Positions 9,622 through 20,085 of a stretch of DNA of 64,000 nt are shown one piece after another. Made by a program: the position numbers and the translations under genes. Position 1 is the first letter of the stretch, and each line of letters opens with the position of its first letter. The stretch covers positions 64,568-128,567 of the forward strand of contig JABACC010000013.1 of the NCBI GenBank assembly GCA_014237915.1. Reading direction: 5' to 3'. This DNA is from Candidatus Paceibacter sp. (GTDB taxonomy: Bacteria > Patescibacteriota > Minisyncoccia > Phycocordibacterales > GCA-2747955). The notes below the pieces were generated by a model. The model did no database searches. It saw only the letters and a program-made list of their open reading frames with translations, and was not told the DNA's origin.

Positions 9622-9636
9622 TTTTAGTTTAAGTTT

Positions 9637-10125
9637 ATGTTAAAGATTAAAAAATTAGAAGGCAAAAAAGCTCCGCTTTTTTGCCTCCAAAATCAAAACG
9701 ATGAAAAAGTTTGTTTAAATGATTTTTTAAAAGAAGGATTTGTTCTTTTGTATTTTTATCCCAAAGACTTAACAACTGGCTGCACAATTGAAGCTATTGG
9801 TTTTTCAGAACTCTCAAAAAAATTTATAAACAATAATATAAAAATCTTTGGAATTTCAAAAGATCTTCCCAAAACCCACACAAAATTTATAAAAAAAGAA
9901 GGTTTAAAAGTAGATTTACTTTCAGATATTGATGGAAAAATTTCTTCTCGTTATGGGGTTTATGTTGAAAAGTCTATGTACGGAAAAAAATATATGGGAA
10001 TTTCAAGAGAAAGTTTCTTGGTAAATACTTCTGGAAAAATAATCAAACACTGGGAAAATGTTTCTCCAAAAGACCACCCGGAAGAAGTTCTTTCTTTTTT
10101 TAAAGAGTTAAAAGAAAAAAAATAA
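9637..10125 (+). CDS. bcp: Peroxiredoxin (Bcp/PrxQ)
   Basis: VLLYFYPKDLTTGCTIEA, GISKD, GISRESF. Confidence 0.93.
   Translation: MLKIKKLEGKKAPLFCLQNQNDEKVCLNDFLKEGFVLLYFYPKDLTTGCTIEAIGFSELSKKFINNNIKIFGISKDLPKTHTKFIKKEGLKVDLLSDIDGKISSRYGVYVEKSMYGKKYMGISRESFLVNTSGKIIKHWENVSPKDHPEEVLSFFKELKEKK
9660..9686. repeat. Palindrome inside bcp, 12-bp arms, C-TCC-G loop
   Basis: aggcaaaaaagc-TCC-gcttttttgcct, encodes GKKAPLFCL. Confidence 0.85.
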
Positions 10126-10126
10126 A

Positions 10127-10855
10127 ATGGATTTTATTAACAATATCAGTGGCGCTAGTTTAGTTTTAATTTCTATAATTATAAGTTTAATTATAACTTT
10201 CTTGTGGATTTTTTTTTGGCTTAGACAAGACAATAAACCAGAACCAAAAAAATTAATTTTTCTAACATTTTTTTTTGGTGGAACTTCTGCTTTAATTTTA
10301 GCCCCAATTCATGTTTTGTTTTTTGGTATTTTTAGCTATATTTCCATTTTGACAATTATTTTTTATGCTGCCTCAGAGGAAATAATAAAATTTTTCTCTA
10401 CAAAAATCTCCTCGCTAAGACACCCAGAAAATAATGAAAGAATTGATCCTTCTATTTACTTAATCACCGGATCTCTAGGTTTTTCTTTTGTAGAAAATAT
10501 TCTATATTTTATTCAGTATTTTAATCGTTTTGAAGATTTAGAGATTTTAACAAATATTGCAAATCGTGCTATTGGCGCCACCTTATTGCATGGAACAACT
10601 TCTGCAATAATTGGTATTTGCTTGGCAACTGTTTTTTTTAGAAAAGAAATTTATAAAAAAGTTGCAAGCTATTTTGGAATTTTTTTAGCAATCTCCTTCC
10701 ATTCTTTTTTTAATTTTTTGGTTTTAAAAAAAGAAGAAATTTATCTTGCCTTTACAATAAACTTTATAGTTTTAGCTTTTATCTTACTTATTTTTACTTT
10801 CATAAGAAGGGACGAGCGAATTAGAGAAAATTATAGAATTAAAGAAAGAATATGA
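10127..10855 (+). CDS. PrsW family intramembrane metalloprotease
   Basis: PEP, EEIIK, GFSFVEN, LLHG and FHSFFN motifs. Confidence 0.92.
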   Translation: MDFINNISGASLVLISIIISLIITFLWIFFWLRQDNKPEPKKLIFLTFFFGGTSALILAPIHVLFFGIFSYISILTIIFYAASEEIIKFFSTKISSLRHPENNERIDPSIYLITGSLGFSFVENILYFIQYFNRFEDLEILTNIANRAIGATLLHGTTSAIIGICLATVFFRKEIYKKVASYFGIFLAISFHSFFNFLVLKKEEIYLAFTINFIVLAFILLIFTFIRRDERIRENYRIKERI

Positions 10856-10857
10856 TT

Positions 10858-11469
10858 TTATTTTTTTAAAATTTTTAAACGAAAAAAAAATATTTGTCCT
10901 TCTTCTTTTTTAAGATTTTCCCAATAAGTTCTAATTCCTAAAGGTGCGAAAAAAAATCTTTTATGTTTATAAAAATTTTTATTTTTTTTTAAAATTTCTA
11001 AAGTTTCTTTGTAAAGTTTTTTTTGGTCTGTTTGCCAAATTATTTCTGTTTTTTTATTTAAAAAATCATAAATATTTTTTAAAAAGTTTTCATTTAAAAT
11101 TCTTCTTTTGTGATGCTTTTTTTTAAACCAAGGGTCGGGAAAATTTATAAAAATTTTTTCAATTAAAATATTTTTTTCATTACAATGTTTCAAAATATTT
11201 AAAATATTTACTCCTGCATCTCCTCCGAAAACTTGAACATTTTTTCTATCTTTAAATTTTTCTTCTAGAAAAATTTGGTATGGTTTCCTAATTTCGAAAA
11301 AAATAAAATTTTTTTCGTCAGTAAATTTATTTAAAAGTTTTTCTCCAAATTCTCCTCTGTAAGATCCTATGTCAATAATTATATTTTTATCATTTTTAAA
11401 ACCCGAAAAATCTATTCTTACTTTCGAAGATAGTGGGTTAACATGATTTCTGACTCTTTTGGGCAACAT
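10858..11469 (-). CDS. trmB: tRNA (guanine-N7)-methyltransferase
   Basis: RVRNHVNP, DIGSYRG, INFPDPWFKKKHHKRR. Confidence 0.93.
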   Translation of the reverse strand: MLPKRVRNHVNPLSSKVRIDFSGFKNDKNIIIDIGSYRGEFGEKLLNKFTDEKNFIFFEIRKPYQIFLEEKFKDRKNVQVFGGDAGVNILNILKHCNEKNILIEKIFINFPDPWFKKKHHKRRILNENFLKNIYDFLNKKTEIIWQTDQKKLYKETLEILKKNKNFYKHKRFFFAPLGIRTYWENLKKEEGQIFFFRLKILKK

Positions 11470-11476
11470 TTTATTT

Positions 11477-12421
11477 TTAAGATTTTTTACCTTGAAGTAA
11501 AACTATTATCGGGCTTGCAAAAAATATTGAAGAATAAGTTCCAATAATTGTTCCTAAAATTAAAACAAGAGAAAAAGATTTTGTTAGTTCTCCTCCTACA
11601 AAAAATAATGTTGCCAAAACCAAAAAAGTTGTGATTGAGGTAAACAAAGATCTTCTAAAAGCTTGATTTAGAGAATTCCCAACAATTTTTTCAAAATCTT
11701 CGCCTGAAGGAAAAATTTCTATTTCAATTTCTCTTCCCTCTTCATTTTTCTTTTTTTCCACAGAAACGGCTAATCTTAAATTTTCTCTAATTCTATCAAA
11801 AATAACAATTGTGTCATTTACAGAAAATCCTAAAATGGCTAAAATGGCCGTCACAAATAAAACATCAATTTGATATGCTGGAAAAAATAAACCTAAAATT
11901 GAAAAAAATGCTGTTGGAATTAAAATATCGTGCAAAAGTGCAAGTGTCGCTACTGCTCCGTATTTAAAAGAAGAAACGGGTTTTGAAACATTTCTAAAAA
12001 CATAAGCAATAAATAAAATTATAAAAATAACTACGAAAACAAAAGTAAAGATTGATTTACTTAAAAGCTCTTTTGAAATACTCGGGCTAACTGTCCTAAA
12101 ATTTATCTCTTGATATTTTCCAAAATCAGACAACTTTTCTTTCAAAAAAGAAAAATTTTCCTCCGAAAGCTCCTCTGTTTTCACAAAAAAAATATTTCCA
12201 TCACCACTAGAAACTTTCAAGGAGCTAAAATCTTTTTCTAAAGAACTTGAAATTTGGGAAATTTCTGGAATATTTTTTTCTAAATATTCTATTTCATAAA
12301 TTGATCCTCCTTTAAATTCTACGGAAAAGTTAAATCCAAAAACGGAAATAACCAAAACTGACAAAGCCATTAAAAAAAAGGAGATTCCTATAAATATTTT
12401 TTTATTTTTTAATACAAACAT
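11477..12421 (-). CDS. secF: Protein translocase subunit SecF
   Basis: EFKGG, LLHD, GFSVNDTIVIFDRIRE, GTYSSIFFA. Confidence 0.97.
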   Translation of the reverse strand: MFVLKNKKIFIGISFFLMALSVLVISVFGFNFSVEFKGGSIYEIEYLEKNIPEISQISSSLEKDFSSLKVSSGDGNIFFVKTEELSEENFSFLKEKLSDFGKYQEINFRTVSPSISKELLSKSIFTFVFVVIFIILFIAYVFRNVSKPVSSFKYGAVATLALLHDILIPTAFFSILGLFFPAYQIDVLFVTAILAILGFSVNDTIVIFDRIRENLRLAVSVEKKKNEEGREIEIEIFPSGEDFEKIVGNSLNQAFRRSLFTSITTFLVLATLFFVGGELTKSFSLVLILGTIIGTYSSIFFASPIIVLLQGKKS

Positions 12422-12422
12422 T

Positions 12423-13739
12423 TTATTTTTCTTTAAAATTAAAAATTATCTTTTTGGCACTTTCTTTTTTTAAGTTTGAAAAAGAAAGTAAGAAAATTCG
12501 AGAAACGGAAATTGCTGTTAACATTGAAACTAAAACACCTAAACCAAAAGTAATAGCGAATCCTTTAATTAGCGGGGTTGTCATATAAAATAAAATTATA
12601 GCAACTAAAATACTTGATAAGTTTCCATCTCTTATTGAAAGCCAGGCTCTTTTAAATCCGTCTTCAACAGCATCTTTAATTTGTTTATTTTTAAGCTCTT
12701 CTTTAATTCTTTCAAAAATCAAAATATTTGCATCAACAGCCATTCCTATAGAAATTATAAATCCCGCAATTGCTGCTGCGGTAAACACAAATCCAAAAAA
12801 TTTAAAAATTGAAAGTAAAAAAATTATGTAAATTAAAAGTGAAACAGAAGCTAAAAAACCAGAAAATCTGTAAAAATAAATTAGAAAAATTGCCACTAAA
12901 AAAAATCCAATAATTCCAGCTTTTATTCCGAGCTCCAAAGTATCTGCCCCCAAGGATGGTGAAATTGTATTTGTTCCCACAGCTTTTATCGAAAGAGGTA
13001 GTGCTCCGAAATTTAGATTTCTTACAAGCTCTCTTGATTCATCAACAGAAAAATCTCCTGTAATTTGGGCGTTTCCATCCAAAATAGCTGTTTGAATAAC
13101 TGGGCTTGAAATAATTTTTCCGTCTAAAAAAATAGCTAAAACTTCACCTATATTTTCTTCGGTTACTTTTCTAAAAGTTTCTGCTCCATTTGAATTAAAA
13201 TTTAAACTAACACTTGTTTGGCCAAATTCTCCAAAGTATAATTCAGCTCCATCAACATCTTTTCCTGAAAGACCGACGTCTTTATAGGTTAAGATTTCTG
13301 AAAAATTTTCAGCAACCTGATCTTCTGTTAAATTATTTAAATTTCTAATTTCTTGAAGTTTAAATTCTAAAAAAGGAAGTTCTCCAATTTTTTTTTTTGC
13401 TTCGTTTGAATCTGTAATTCCAGGAACAGAAACGATAATTCTTCTGAGAAGCTTTCCGTCATAATTAGAAAAAAGGGATGGTTTTTCTATTAAAATTGAA
13501 ACCTCACTCGTTCCATAAGTATTTAGTCTTTTTTGTAAAACCCCACGAAGTGCTTCAAGAGATTCATCTACATCTTCTAGTCTAATTTCAGAGATATCTG
13601 CTTCATAAATAATTTCTGTTCCCCCAGAAAGATCCAGCCCAAAAGCAAAATCTTTTTTCGAATTTTCAGGATTTAAATAAAAAAAAGCAAGCAAAAAAGC
13701 AATAATTACAAAAAAAATAGCTAAGATTTTGTTTTTCAT
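12423..13739 (-). CDS. secD: Protein translocase subunit SecD
   Basis: GLDLSGG, GALP, GMAVDANILIFERIKEE. Confidence 0.97.
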   Translation of the reverse strand: MKNKILAIFFVIIAFLLAFFYLNPENSKKDFAFGLDLSGGTEIIYEADISEIRLEDVDESLEALRGVLQKRLNTYGTSEVSILIEKPSLFSNYDGKLLRRIIVSVPGITDSNEAKKKIGELPFLEFKLQEIRNLNNLTEDQVAENFSEILTYKDVGLSGKDVDGAELYFGEFGQTSVSLNFNSNGAETFRKVTEENIGEVLAIFLDGKIISSPVIQTAILDGNAQITGDFSVDESRELVRNLNFGALPLSIKAVGTNTISPSLGADTLELGIKAGIIGFFLVAIFLIYFYRFSGFLASVSLLIYIIFLLSIFKFFGFVFTAAAIAGFIISIGMAVDANILIFERIKEELKNKQIKDAVEDGFKRAWLSIRDGNLSSILVAIILFYMTTPLIKGFAITFGLGVLVSMLTAISVSRIFLLSFSNLKKESAKKIIFNFKEK

Positions 13740-13792
13740 GTCTTAAAAAGATTATAACATTTTAAAATAAATTTAAAATTTAAATTAGAAAA

Positions 13793-15577
13793 TTAAATAG
13801 ATATTCTGTCTGGTTTTATTTTTTTATAATTTATAATAAAATCAAACAACTCGTAAAAAAAGCTTGTTAAAGATTCTGATGCGTATCTTACATATTGTGG
13901 TTTTGTTGTATAGAGTAAAATTAAATATCTTTCTTCTGCTGGAGCATAAGCTGGGAAAAAACCAAAAAAAGAGTGTAGAAACTCATCTTCTAAATACCCT
14001 CCGTTTACTCTATCTGGGATTTGAGCTGTTCCTGTTTTAGCACCCACCGCGTAATTTTCATTATAATAAATTCCACCCAAAAGAGCGTTGTCTGCAACAT
14101 CAACTAAAATATTTTTTACTTTGTCTGTGGTTTTTTTATTAAAAACAGCTTCTCTCGAAATTTCTTTAACTTCTTTTGGAATAAGTTTTCCATAATTAAT
14201 TTCCTCCACCAAATAAGGTTCTACAGAATATCCATCAGCTGCCAAAGTCCCTAAAGCTTTTATCATTGAAATCGGTGTGGGAGCGATTCCTTGTCCAAAA
14301 GAAGCTGTGGCAAAGTTTATGTCAATATCTCTATCTAAAGTCCTTGTTGTCCCAAAAACCTCTTCTGGTAGATCCACTCCTGTTTCTGAATTAAAACCAA
14401 GAGCCGTTATATAATTACGAAAAATATTTTTTGGAATTTCTCCAGCGATAGTACTAACCCCCGTGTTTAGGGAATTTGCTAAAATTTTATATAAATCAAC
14501 ATTTTCTCCTCTTCCTTTTTTGTCATAATTTGAAACAGTGTATCCATCAATAACCAAATGCCCCACATCATCATACAGAAAATTTTCATCAATAAAACCA
14601 GAATCAAGCCCGATAGCAATTGTTAAAGGTTTTACAATTGATCCAAATTCAAAAACATTTTCAACAAAAACATTTCTAAAATCTTGTCTTTCTGTGTTTA
14701 AATCAAAATTTTTAGAGTCAGACATCGCAACAATTTCTCCAGAATAAGGTTTAATAATTATTCCAGCAGAATATTGTGAAGAATATTTTTCATCAATATC
14801 AACTAAAATTTTTTCTAAAAACTGCTGAATTTCTAAATCTATTGTGGTATAAATTGATCCTTCTCTTGAAATTTTTTTCTCTGACGGAGATATTCCTGAA
14901 TTAAAAATATTTTTCCAAATATTTTCTGTTTTTATTTTTTGATCTCTTTTTAAAATATCCTCATAAAATTTTTCCAATCCATAAGAGCCTTCCAATTTTT
15001 TTGTTTCAGGATTTAATGTCAAAAAACCTAAAACCTTGGACGCTGTTTTTCCAAAAGGATATTCTCTCCAAGTTTGATTATAAAGCCCTACCCCAGAAAG
15101 ATTTAATTTTTTTATTTCTTCTGCTTCACTTTCTGTTATTTTGTCAGCTATTTCTTCATAAGGATCATCTTCATAATCTGCTTTTTTTAGAAAATCTTCT
15201 TTGTTAATTTCCAAAACTGAAGAAAGCTCTGTGTAAGCATATTCTGGATTTAAGATATCTTTAGGTGAAATCGCCAAAATATATCCGTGAGCTAAAATAG
15301 CTGATCTTACTCTTTCGTCGCCTTCTTTAAAAAAAATTGAACCTCTATGAAAAACATTAGAAAGTGAAGAGCCAGAATGTTGAGCATCAATAATTTCTCT
15401 GTATTTTTCTCCACCAATTACTTGCAAGGAATAAAGCTTGTAAACGAAAATTAAAAAAATTAAAATAAAAATTAAAAAAATTAAAAAAAATTTTGAAAAG
15501 AAAAAAGAATCTTTTTTCTTAGATTTTTTAATTTTTATTTCTTCAAGCTTTTGTGCTGTCTTTTTTTTCCTTACCAT
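13793..15577 (-). CDS. ftsI: Class B penicillin-binding protein (FtsI-like)
   Basis: REYP, EFGSIVK (SxxK), SLN, KTGTAQ; dcw cluster position. Confidence 0.88.
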   Translation of the reverse strand: MVRKKKTAQKLEEIKIKKSKKKDSFFFSKFFLIFLIFILIFLIFVYKLYSLQVIGGEKYREIIDAQHSGSSLSNVFHRGSIFFKEGDERVRSAILAHGYILAISPKDILNPEYAYTELSSVLEINKEDFLKKADYEDDPYEEIADKITESEAEEIKKLNLSGVGLYNQTWREYPFGKTASKVLGFLTLNPETKKLEGSYGLEKFYEDILKRDQKIKTENIWKNIFNSGISPSEKKISREGSIYTTIDLEIQQFLEKILVDIDEKYSSQYSAGIIIKPYSGEIVAMSDSKNFDLNTERQDFRNVFVENVFEFGSIVKPLTIAIGLDSGFIDENFLYDDVGHLVIDGYTVSNYDKKGRGENVDLYKILANSLNTGVSTIAGEIPKNIFRNYITALGFNSETGVDLPEEVFGTTRTLDRDIDINFATASFGQGIAPTPISMIKALGTLAADGYSVEPYLVEEINYGKLIPKEVKEISREAVFNKKTTDKVKNILVDVADNALLGGIYYNENYAVGAKTGTAQIPDRVNGGYLEDEFLHSFFGFFPAYAPAEERYLILLYTTKPQYVRYASESLTSFFYELFDFIINYKKIKPDRISI

Positions 15578-15598
15578 TTTGCATTAAAATATTTTATA

Positions 15599-15931
15599 TT
15601 AAAAATTTTCTCTTTTTTCTAAAAATGCTGTAACTTCTTTTTTTTCTGATGAGAAGTAGGTAAGTTTATCATAATGGTAAGAATTTAAGGAATCTTCTGA
15701 TGTCGCTCTGTTTTTTTCGTTGTGGTATTTTTTTGAAAGTTCACTATTTTTTTGAATAAGTTCTGAAAATTCTTTGTCGTAAGACTCAGAAGAATATCCA
15801 TAAGCAACAGTTCCAAAAATAAAAATCAAATTTGAAATAAATAAAAAACAAACAAAAAAAATCAATGTGTAAAATATTAAAATTTTTCTTTTAGAATACA
15901 TTTTTATTGTTGTTTTTACTCCTTCTGTCAT
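15599..15931 (-). CDS. FtsL-like protein
   Basis: Single TM plus coiled coil, located between rsmH and ftsI. Confidence 0.65.
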   Translation of the reverse strand: MTEGVKTTIKMYSKRKILIFYTLIFFVCFLFISNLIFIFGTVAYGYSSESYDKEFSELIQKNSELSKKYHNEKNRATSEDSLNSYHYDKLTYFSSEKKEVTAFLEKRENF

Positions 15932-15958
15932 TTTTGTTTATTATTTATTTTTATAATT

Positions 15959-16927
15959 TTAATTTTTTAAAAAAAGTCTTAATTTTGCAGATCGGGCCCT
16001 TTTGTTTTCTTTAACTTCAAAAAAATGTGGAATAATAACTTTTTTATTTAATCTTTTTCCCAAACTCTCATCTTCCCAAGATCTAAATTTTTTTTTAATT
16101 ATTTTATCTTCCAATGAATGAAAAGAAACAACGGCTAAAATTCCAGAAGAGTTTAAAGCAGAAAATATATTTTCCAAAGAATTTTCTAGATTTTCCAATT
16201 CATTATTAACCTCAATTCTTAAAGCCTGAAAAATTTTTGTTGCAGGATTAATCTTTTTATTTTTATAAAAAGGCCCTAAAACTCTTTCTAAAAAAGAAGA
16301 AAAATTAAAAACATTTTCAAAAATATCAGTTTCTTTTTTTCTCTCTTCAGTAATTTTTCTTGCAACTAAATTGCTGTGTTTTTCCTCACCATACTTTTTG
16401 AAAATTTCAGAAAGCTCTTCTTCTTCATAATTTTCTAAAATAAATCTTGCTGTTAAAGGATTTTCTTCATTTTTATCGGAAAGTCTCATGTCTAATTGTG
16501 CATCTTTTTCCAAAAAAGATATTCCTCTTCCAGATTTTTTTAATTGATCTGATGAAAAACCAAGATCTAAAACGGCTCTGTCTATTTTTTCAATATTTAA
16601 GTTTTTTAAAATATCTTTAATTTCTGAATAATTTTTCTGGAAAAAAAATTTATTTCCAGAAAATTTTTCTAATTTTTTTTTTGAAACACTTATTGCACTA
16701 CTATCTAAATCTGTTGCAATTAAAACCCCCGAGTTTTCTATTTTTTCTAAGATATTTTCACTATAACCTCCTCCACCTAAGGTTCCGTCGAAAACGATTA
16801 AACCTTTTTTTAAATCAAGTTTTTCTATAACTTCTTTTAAAAGAACTGGGGTATGAACTGATTTTTCATTTTCTGTTTTCATATCTTCTTTTTTGCTTTC
16901 ATTTATTTTTTTATTCATAAACAACAA
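15959..16927 (-). CDS. rsmH: 16S rRNA m4C1402 methyltransferase
   Basis: HTPVLLKE, DGTLGGGG, FQALRIEVN, SFHSLED, RARSAKLR. Confidence 0.97.
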   Translation of the reverse strand: MLFMNKKINESKKEDMKTENEKSVHTPVLLKEVIEKLDLKKGLIVFDGTLGGGGYSENILEKIENSGVLIATDLDSSAISVSKKKLEKFSGNKFFFQKNYSEIKDILKNLNIEKIDRAVLDLGFSSDQLKKSGRGISFLEKDAQLDMRLSDKNEENPLTARFILENYEEEELSEIFKKYGEEKHSNLVARKITEERKKETDIFENVFNFSSFLERVLGPFYKNKKINPATKIFQALRIEVNNELENLENSLENIFSALNSSGILAVVSFHSLEDKIIKKKFRSWEDESLGKRLNKKVIIPHFFEVKENKRARSAKLRLFLKN

Positions 16928-16953
16928 ATAAAAACAAAATTAAAATATAAATT

Positions 16954-17382
16954 CTAAACAATTCCCTCAAGCGACTCTGCCATTTTTTCTGGATTTTCTG
17001 TATTTTTCTTTAAATATGTATTCCAAGTTTTTTCGTCCCAAATTTCTGCCCTGTCTCCAACTCCAGCCCAAACAACTTTTTTAGAAATTTTGGCAAAATC
17101 TCTTAAATATTCTGGAATTAAAATTCTTCCAATAGAATCTACAGAAACCTCAACAGCTCCTGAAAGCATAAACCTTCCAAAACCTCTTTCACTTCCTTTT
17201 GATAAAGATAAATTTCCCAATTTGCCTGACATTTCTTTCCAAGATTTTCCTGTATAAACCGACAAACATTCATCTAGGCCTCTTGTGATAAAAATCTTTT
17301 TTCCAATTTCACCCTTAAATTTCGCTGGAACAGAAGTTCTTCCTTTTTGATCTATATTGTGTATGTATTCTCCGATAAACAT
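16954..17382 (-). CDS. mraZ: Transcriptional regulator MraZ
   Basis: MFIGEY..IDQKGR and VDSIGRILIP repeats. Confidence 0.97.
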   Translation of the reverse strand: MFIGEYIHNIDQKGRTSVPAKFKGEIGKKIFITRGLDECLSVYTGKSWKEMSGKLGNLSLSKGSERGFGRFMLSGAVEVSVDSIGRILIPEYLRDFAKISKKVVWAGVGDRAEIWDEKTWNTYLKKNTENPEKMAESLEGIV

Positions 17383-17619
17383 AAAAGTAAAATAAAATCC
17401 TAAAAATTGTTTTCAAAACTTACAAAGCTTCAGGGGCCTTCTTAATAAATTAAAATGGCAATAAAAATTTATAAAAAGACCTTTGAGGCTCCATAAGTAA
17501 GGTTGTTGAATTTATTTAGGAATTTTTCTCTGAAAATTTCTCTAATAAATTTCTTTTTAATTTTTAGGAGCAATCGGTTCAGTGGTAATTTTGAAAAAAT
17601 CACAATCGAACCTAATTTC

Positions 17620-17682
17620 ATTATATACCACTTTCTACCACTTGCAAACATTTTTTTCCACTTTTAAACAAACTTATCCACA
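17620..17682 (-). promoter_or_regulatory. mraZ operon promoter with phased GTGG (MraZ-type) boxes and a DnaA box
   Basis: Minus-strand TTGCAA-N16-TATAAT; CCAC on + at 17628, 17638, 17658 and 17678; TTATCCACA at 17674-17682. Confidence 0.75.
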
Positions 17683-17699
17683 ACTTGGTTTTTTTGTAG

Positions 17700-17760
17700 A
17701 AAAAAATTAGCGGGCAAAAAACAGCAACTTCGTTGCTGTTTTTTGCCCGCTAATTTTTTT
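17700..17760. repeat. Perfect palindrome, 29-bp arms, C-TTC-G loop
   Basis: aaaaaaattagcgggcaaaaaacagcaac-TTC-exact reverse complement. Confidence 0.97.
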
Positions 17761-17768
17761 ATTTTTTT

Positions 17769-18812
17769 TTAAATCTCTTTAGCTATTTTTTCAGAATGTA
17801 ATAAAAGTGTTTTTGAATATCCAGTTTCATTATCATACCAAAATAAAACTTTCACCAAATTTCCTCCAACAACTTTTGTAAAAGATTTATCTAAAATTGC
17901 AGCATATTCAGATCCCACAATATCAGAAGAAACAAGCGCCTCGTTTGAAACTGAAATAATTTCTCTGTATTTATCATCCAAAGAAGCCTCTTCAAAAATT
18001 TTATTTATTTCTTCTGAAGAAGTTTCTTTTTTAGAAACAAAAGTTAAGTCTGCAATTGAGCCTGCAATAGTTGGAACGCGAATAGAAATTCCATCAAATT
18101 TTCCAGAAAAATTTTCATTTGCCGAAGCTACCGATTTTGCAGCGCCAGTTGAGGTTGGCACAATATTAAAAGCTCCTGCTCTTCCTCTTCTAAAATCTTT
18201 TGAATGTGCTGAATCTACGATTTTTTGACTGGAAGTATAAGAATGAATTGTGTTTAAAAAAGCTTTTTCAACTCCAATTTTTTCATCTAAAATTTTTAAA
18301 GGAAGAGCTGTTGCGTTTGTAGTGCAAGATCCGTTTGAGCTTATATTTAAATTTTTTATTTTTTCATCATTAACTCCCATTAAAACTGTTTGCACAGAAG
18401 AAATATTTTCATTTTCATTTTCTTTAGATGGTGCGGAAATAACAACTTTTTTTGCTCCAGCTTCTAAATGTTTTTTTGCTCCAGCTTCTGTTTTAAAAAA
18501 ACCAGTTGATTCAATAACTACATCAATTTCTAATTCTTTCCAAGGTAGTTTTGCTGGATCAGCTTCTTGAAAAAAATTTATCTTTTTTCCACCATAAATC
18601 AAAAAATTATTATTTTCTTTTTCGTATGAAATTTTTTCTCTTTCACTCTCACTTTTTTTAAAAACGGAATCATATTTTAAAAGATAAGTTAAATTTTCTA
18701 AACTTCCAAGATCATTTATGGCTACAACTTCAATTTCTTCACTTTTTTTTGCTAAATTAAAATAAGCCCTCCCTATTCTTCCAAAACCATTTATTGCTAC
18801 TTTTTTTTTCAT
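17769..18812 (-). CDS. gap: Glyceraldehyde-3-phosphate dehydrogenase type I
   Basis: AINGFGRIGR, SNGSCTTN, PTSTGAA, WYDNE. Confidence 0.98.
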   Translation of the reverse strand: MKKKVAINGFGRIGRAYFNLAKKSEEIEVVAINDLGSLENLTYLLKYDSVFKKSESEREKISYEKENNNFLIYGGKKINFFQEADPAKLPWKELEIDVVIESTGFFKTEAGAKKHLEAGAKKVVISAPSKENENENISSVQTVLMGVNDEKIKNLNISSNGSCTTNATALPLKILDEKIGVEKAFLNTIHSYTSSQKIVDSAHSKDFRRGRAGAFNIVPTSTGAAKSVASANENFSGKFDGISIRVPTIAGSIADLTFVSKKETSSEEINKIFEEASLDDKYREIISVSNEALVSSDIVGSEYAAILDKSFTKVVGGNLVKVLFWYDNETGYSKTLLLHSEKIAKEI

Positions 18813-18868
18813 AAAAAAATTATAGCAAAATTAGAGAAAATAAAAAGAAAGGAATTTTTTAATTTATT

Positions 18869-20023
18869 TTAATCTTCATAATAAAAATAAATTTTATTAG
18901 AAATTTCATTTTCAAGAAAATCTTTAATATAGAAGTGATTTGTTCCTTCTTTGTAATCTGCATCTTTATTTTCTATTTCAAATGAGTTTTCTGGACCGGA
19001 AAGTTCAAGATCAACTCTTTCATTGTTTAAATACCCATAATAAGAATTTAAATCACTGTTAGAATCTAAATCAACATCTTCAATATAAAAAGCTGGATTA
19101 ATTTCATTAAAATCATAATATGGATTATATCTTAGCTCAATATTTTCATCTTCTTCATCGCTCTCTTCATCATCAGTAAAAAAATTTTTAATTGAGCCGC
19201 TAAAATAATCGTTAGTTTCTGTATTTTTTGCACAAGCTCTATAATAATATCTTGTATCCCTGTTTAAATCTTCCACAAAAATATGAAAATCTTCCCCATC
19301 ATCTAAAAATATTTTTTCATCTACGCTTTGTCTGTGGCCTGAGTTTGAGCAAGAAGGGCCTGAAAATCTAGAAAGTGCAAAATAAACCCAAGCGTATTCA
19401 CCTTCCTGAAGATCTCCCACCAAAATAGCTGAGTCTGAGCTCACCTCTTCAGCTCCCAAAGTATTTACTTCCATTTCCCCATCAAAATCATTTCTAAATT
19501 TATCGTCTGCATAAAAACTTTTTACGTCTCCAGAAAAAACTTCTTCTTCGTCTTCATCTTCCGCACAGGCTCTGTAATAATATTTTTCTCCATCTTCAAG
19601 ATCTTCAATTTTTAAAGAAAAAATTTCTCCAATTTCTGGATAATCTTCATCAACATCAAAAAAGCTATGTGAAGAAGAGGTACAAGAAGGATTTGAAGAA
19701 TACTTTGAAACCGCAAAATAAACCAAAAGATTTTTTTTATAAACTCCATACTGAGCTTCTAAAACCGCATCTTCTTCGGTAATATCTTCAGCTCCTAAAG
19801 TTTTAACTACGAAAAAATCTTCATCATAGTGCCTAGTTTCTAAATAATCAGCTTGCCTTCCACTTTCTTTCAGTTTTCTTTCAAGCTGTTTTTGAAGTGA
19901 TTCCAAAACTTCTTTTAAATATTCAATTTGTTGAGATTTTGGCATATAATCAAAAACTTCTGCAGAATTTGCAAATCCAAAAAACAAAAAAATTGAAATA
20001 AAAATTAAAAATATTTTTTTCAT
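18869..20023 (-). CDS. Secreted acidic protein with two internal Fn3-like repeats
   Basis: Signal peptide; two repeats V.TLGAE...VYFA.S...PSC...EDL....YYYRACA...SG..K.F. Confidence 0.8.
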   Translation of the reverse strand: MKKIFLIFISIFLFFGFANSAEVFDYMPKSQQIEYLKEVLESLQKQLERKLKESGRQADYLETRHYDEDFFVVKTLGAEDITEEDAVLEAQYGVYKKNLLVYFAVSKYSSNPSCTSSSHSFFDVDEDYPEIGEIFSLKIEDLEDGEKYYYRACAEDEDEEEVFSGDVKSFYADDKFRNDFDGEMEVNTLGAEEVSSDSAILVGDLQEGEYAWVYFALSRFSGPSCSNSGHRQSVDEKIFLDDGEDFHIFVEDLNRDTRYYYRACAKNTETNDYFSGSIKNFFTDDEESDEEDENIELRYNPYYDFNEINPAFYIEDVDLDSNSDLNSYYGYLNNERVDLELSGPENSFEIENKDADYKEGTNHFYIKDFLENEISNKIYFYYED

Positions 20024-20085
20024 AATAAACTTTCAGTTAAAATTATATTTATTGTATCATTTTATAATAAAAAATCAAGTTTTTT

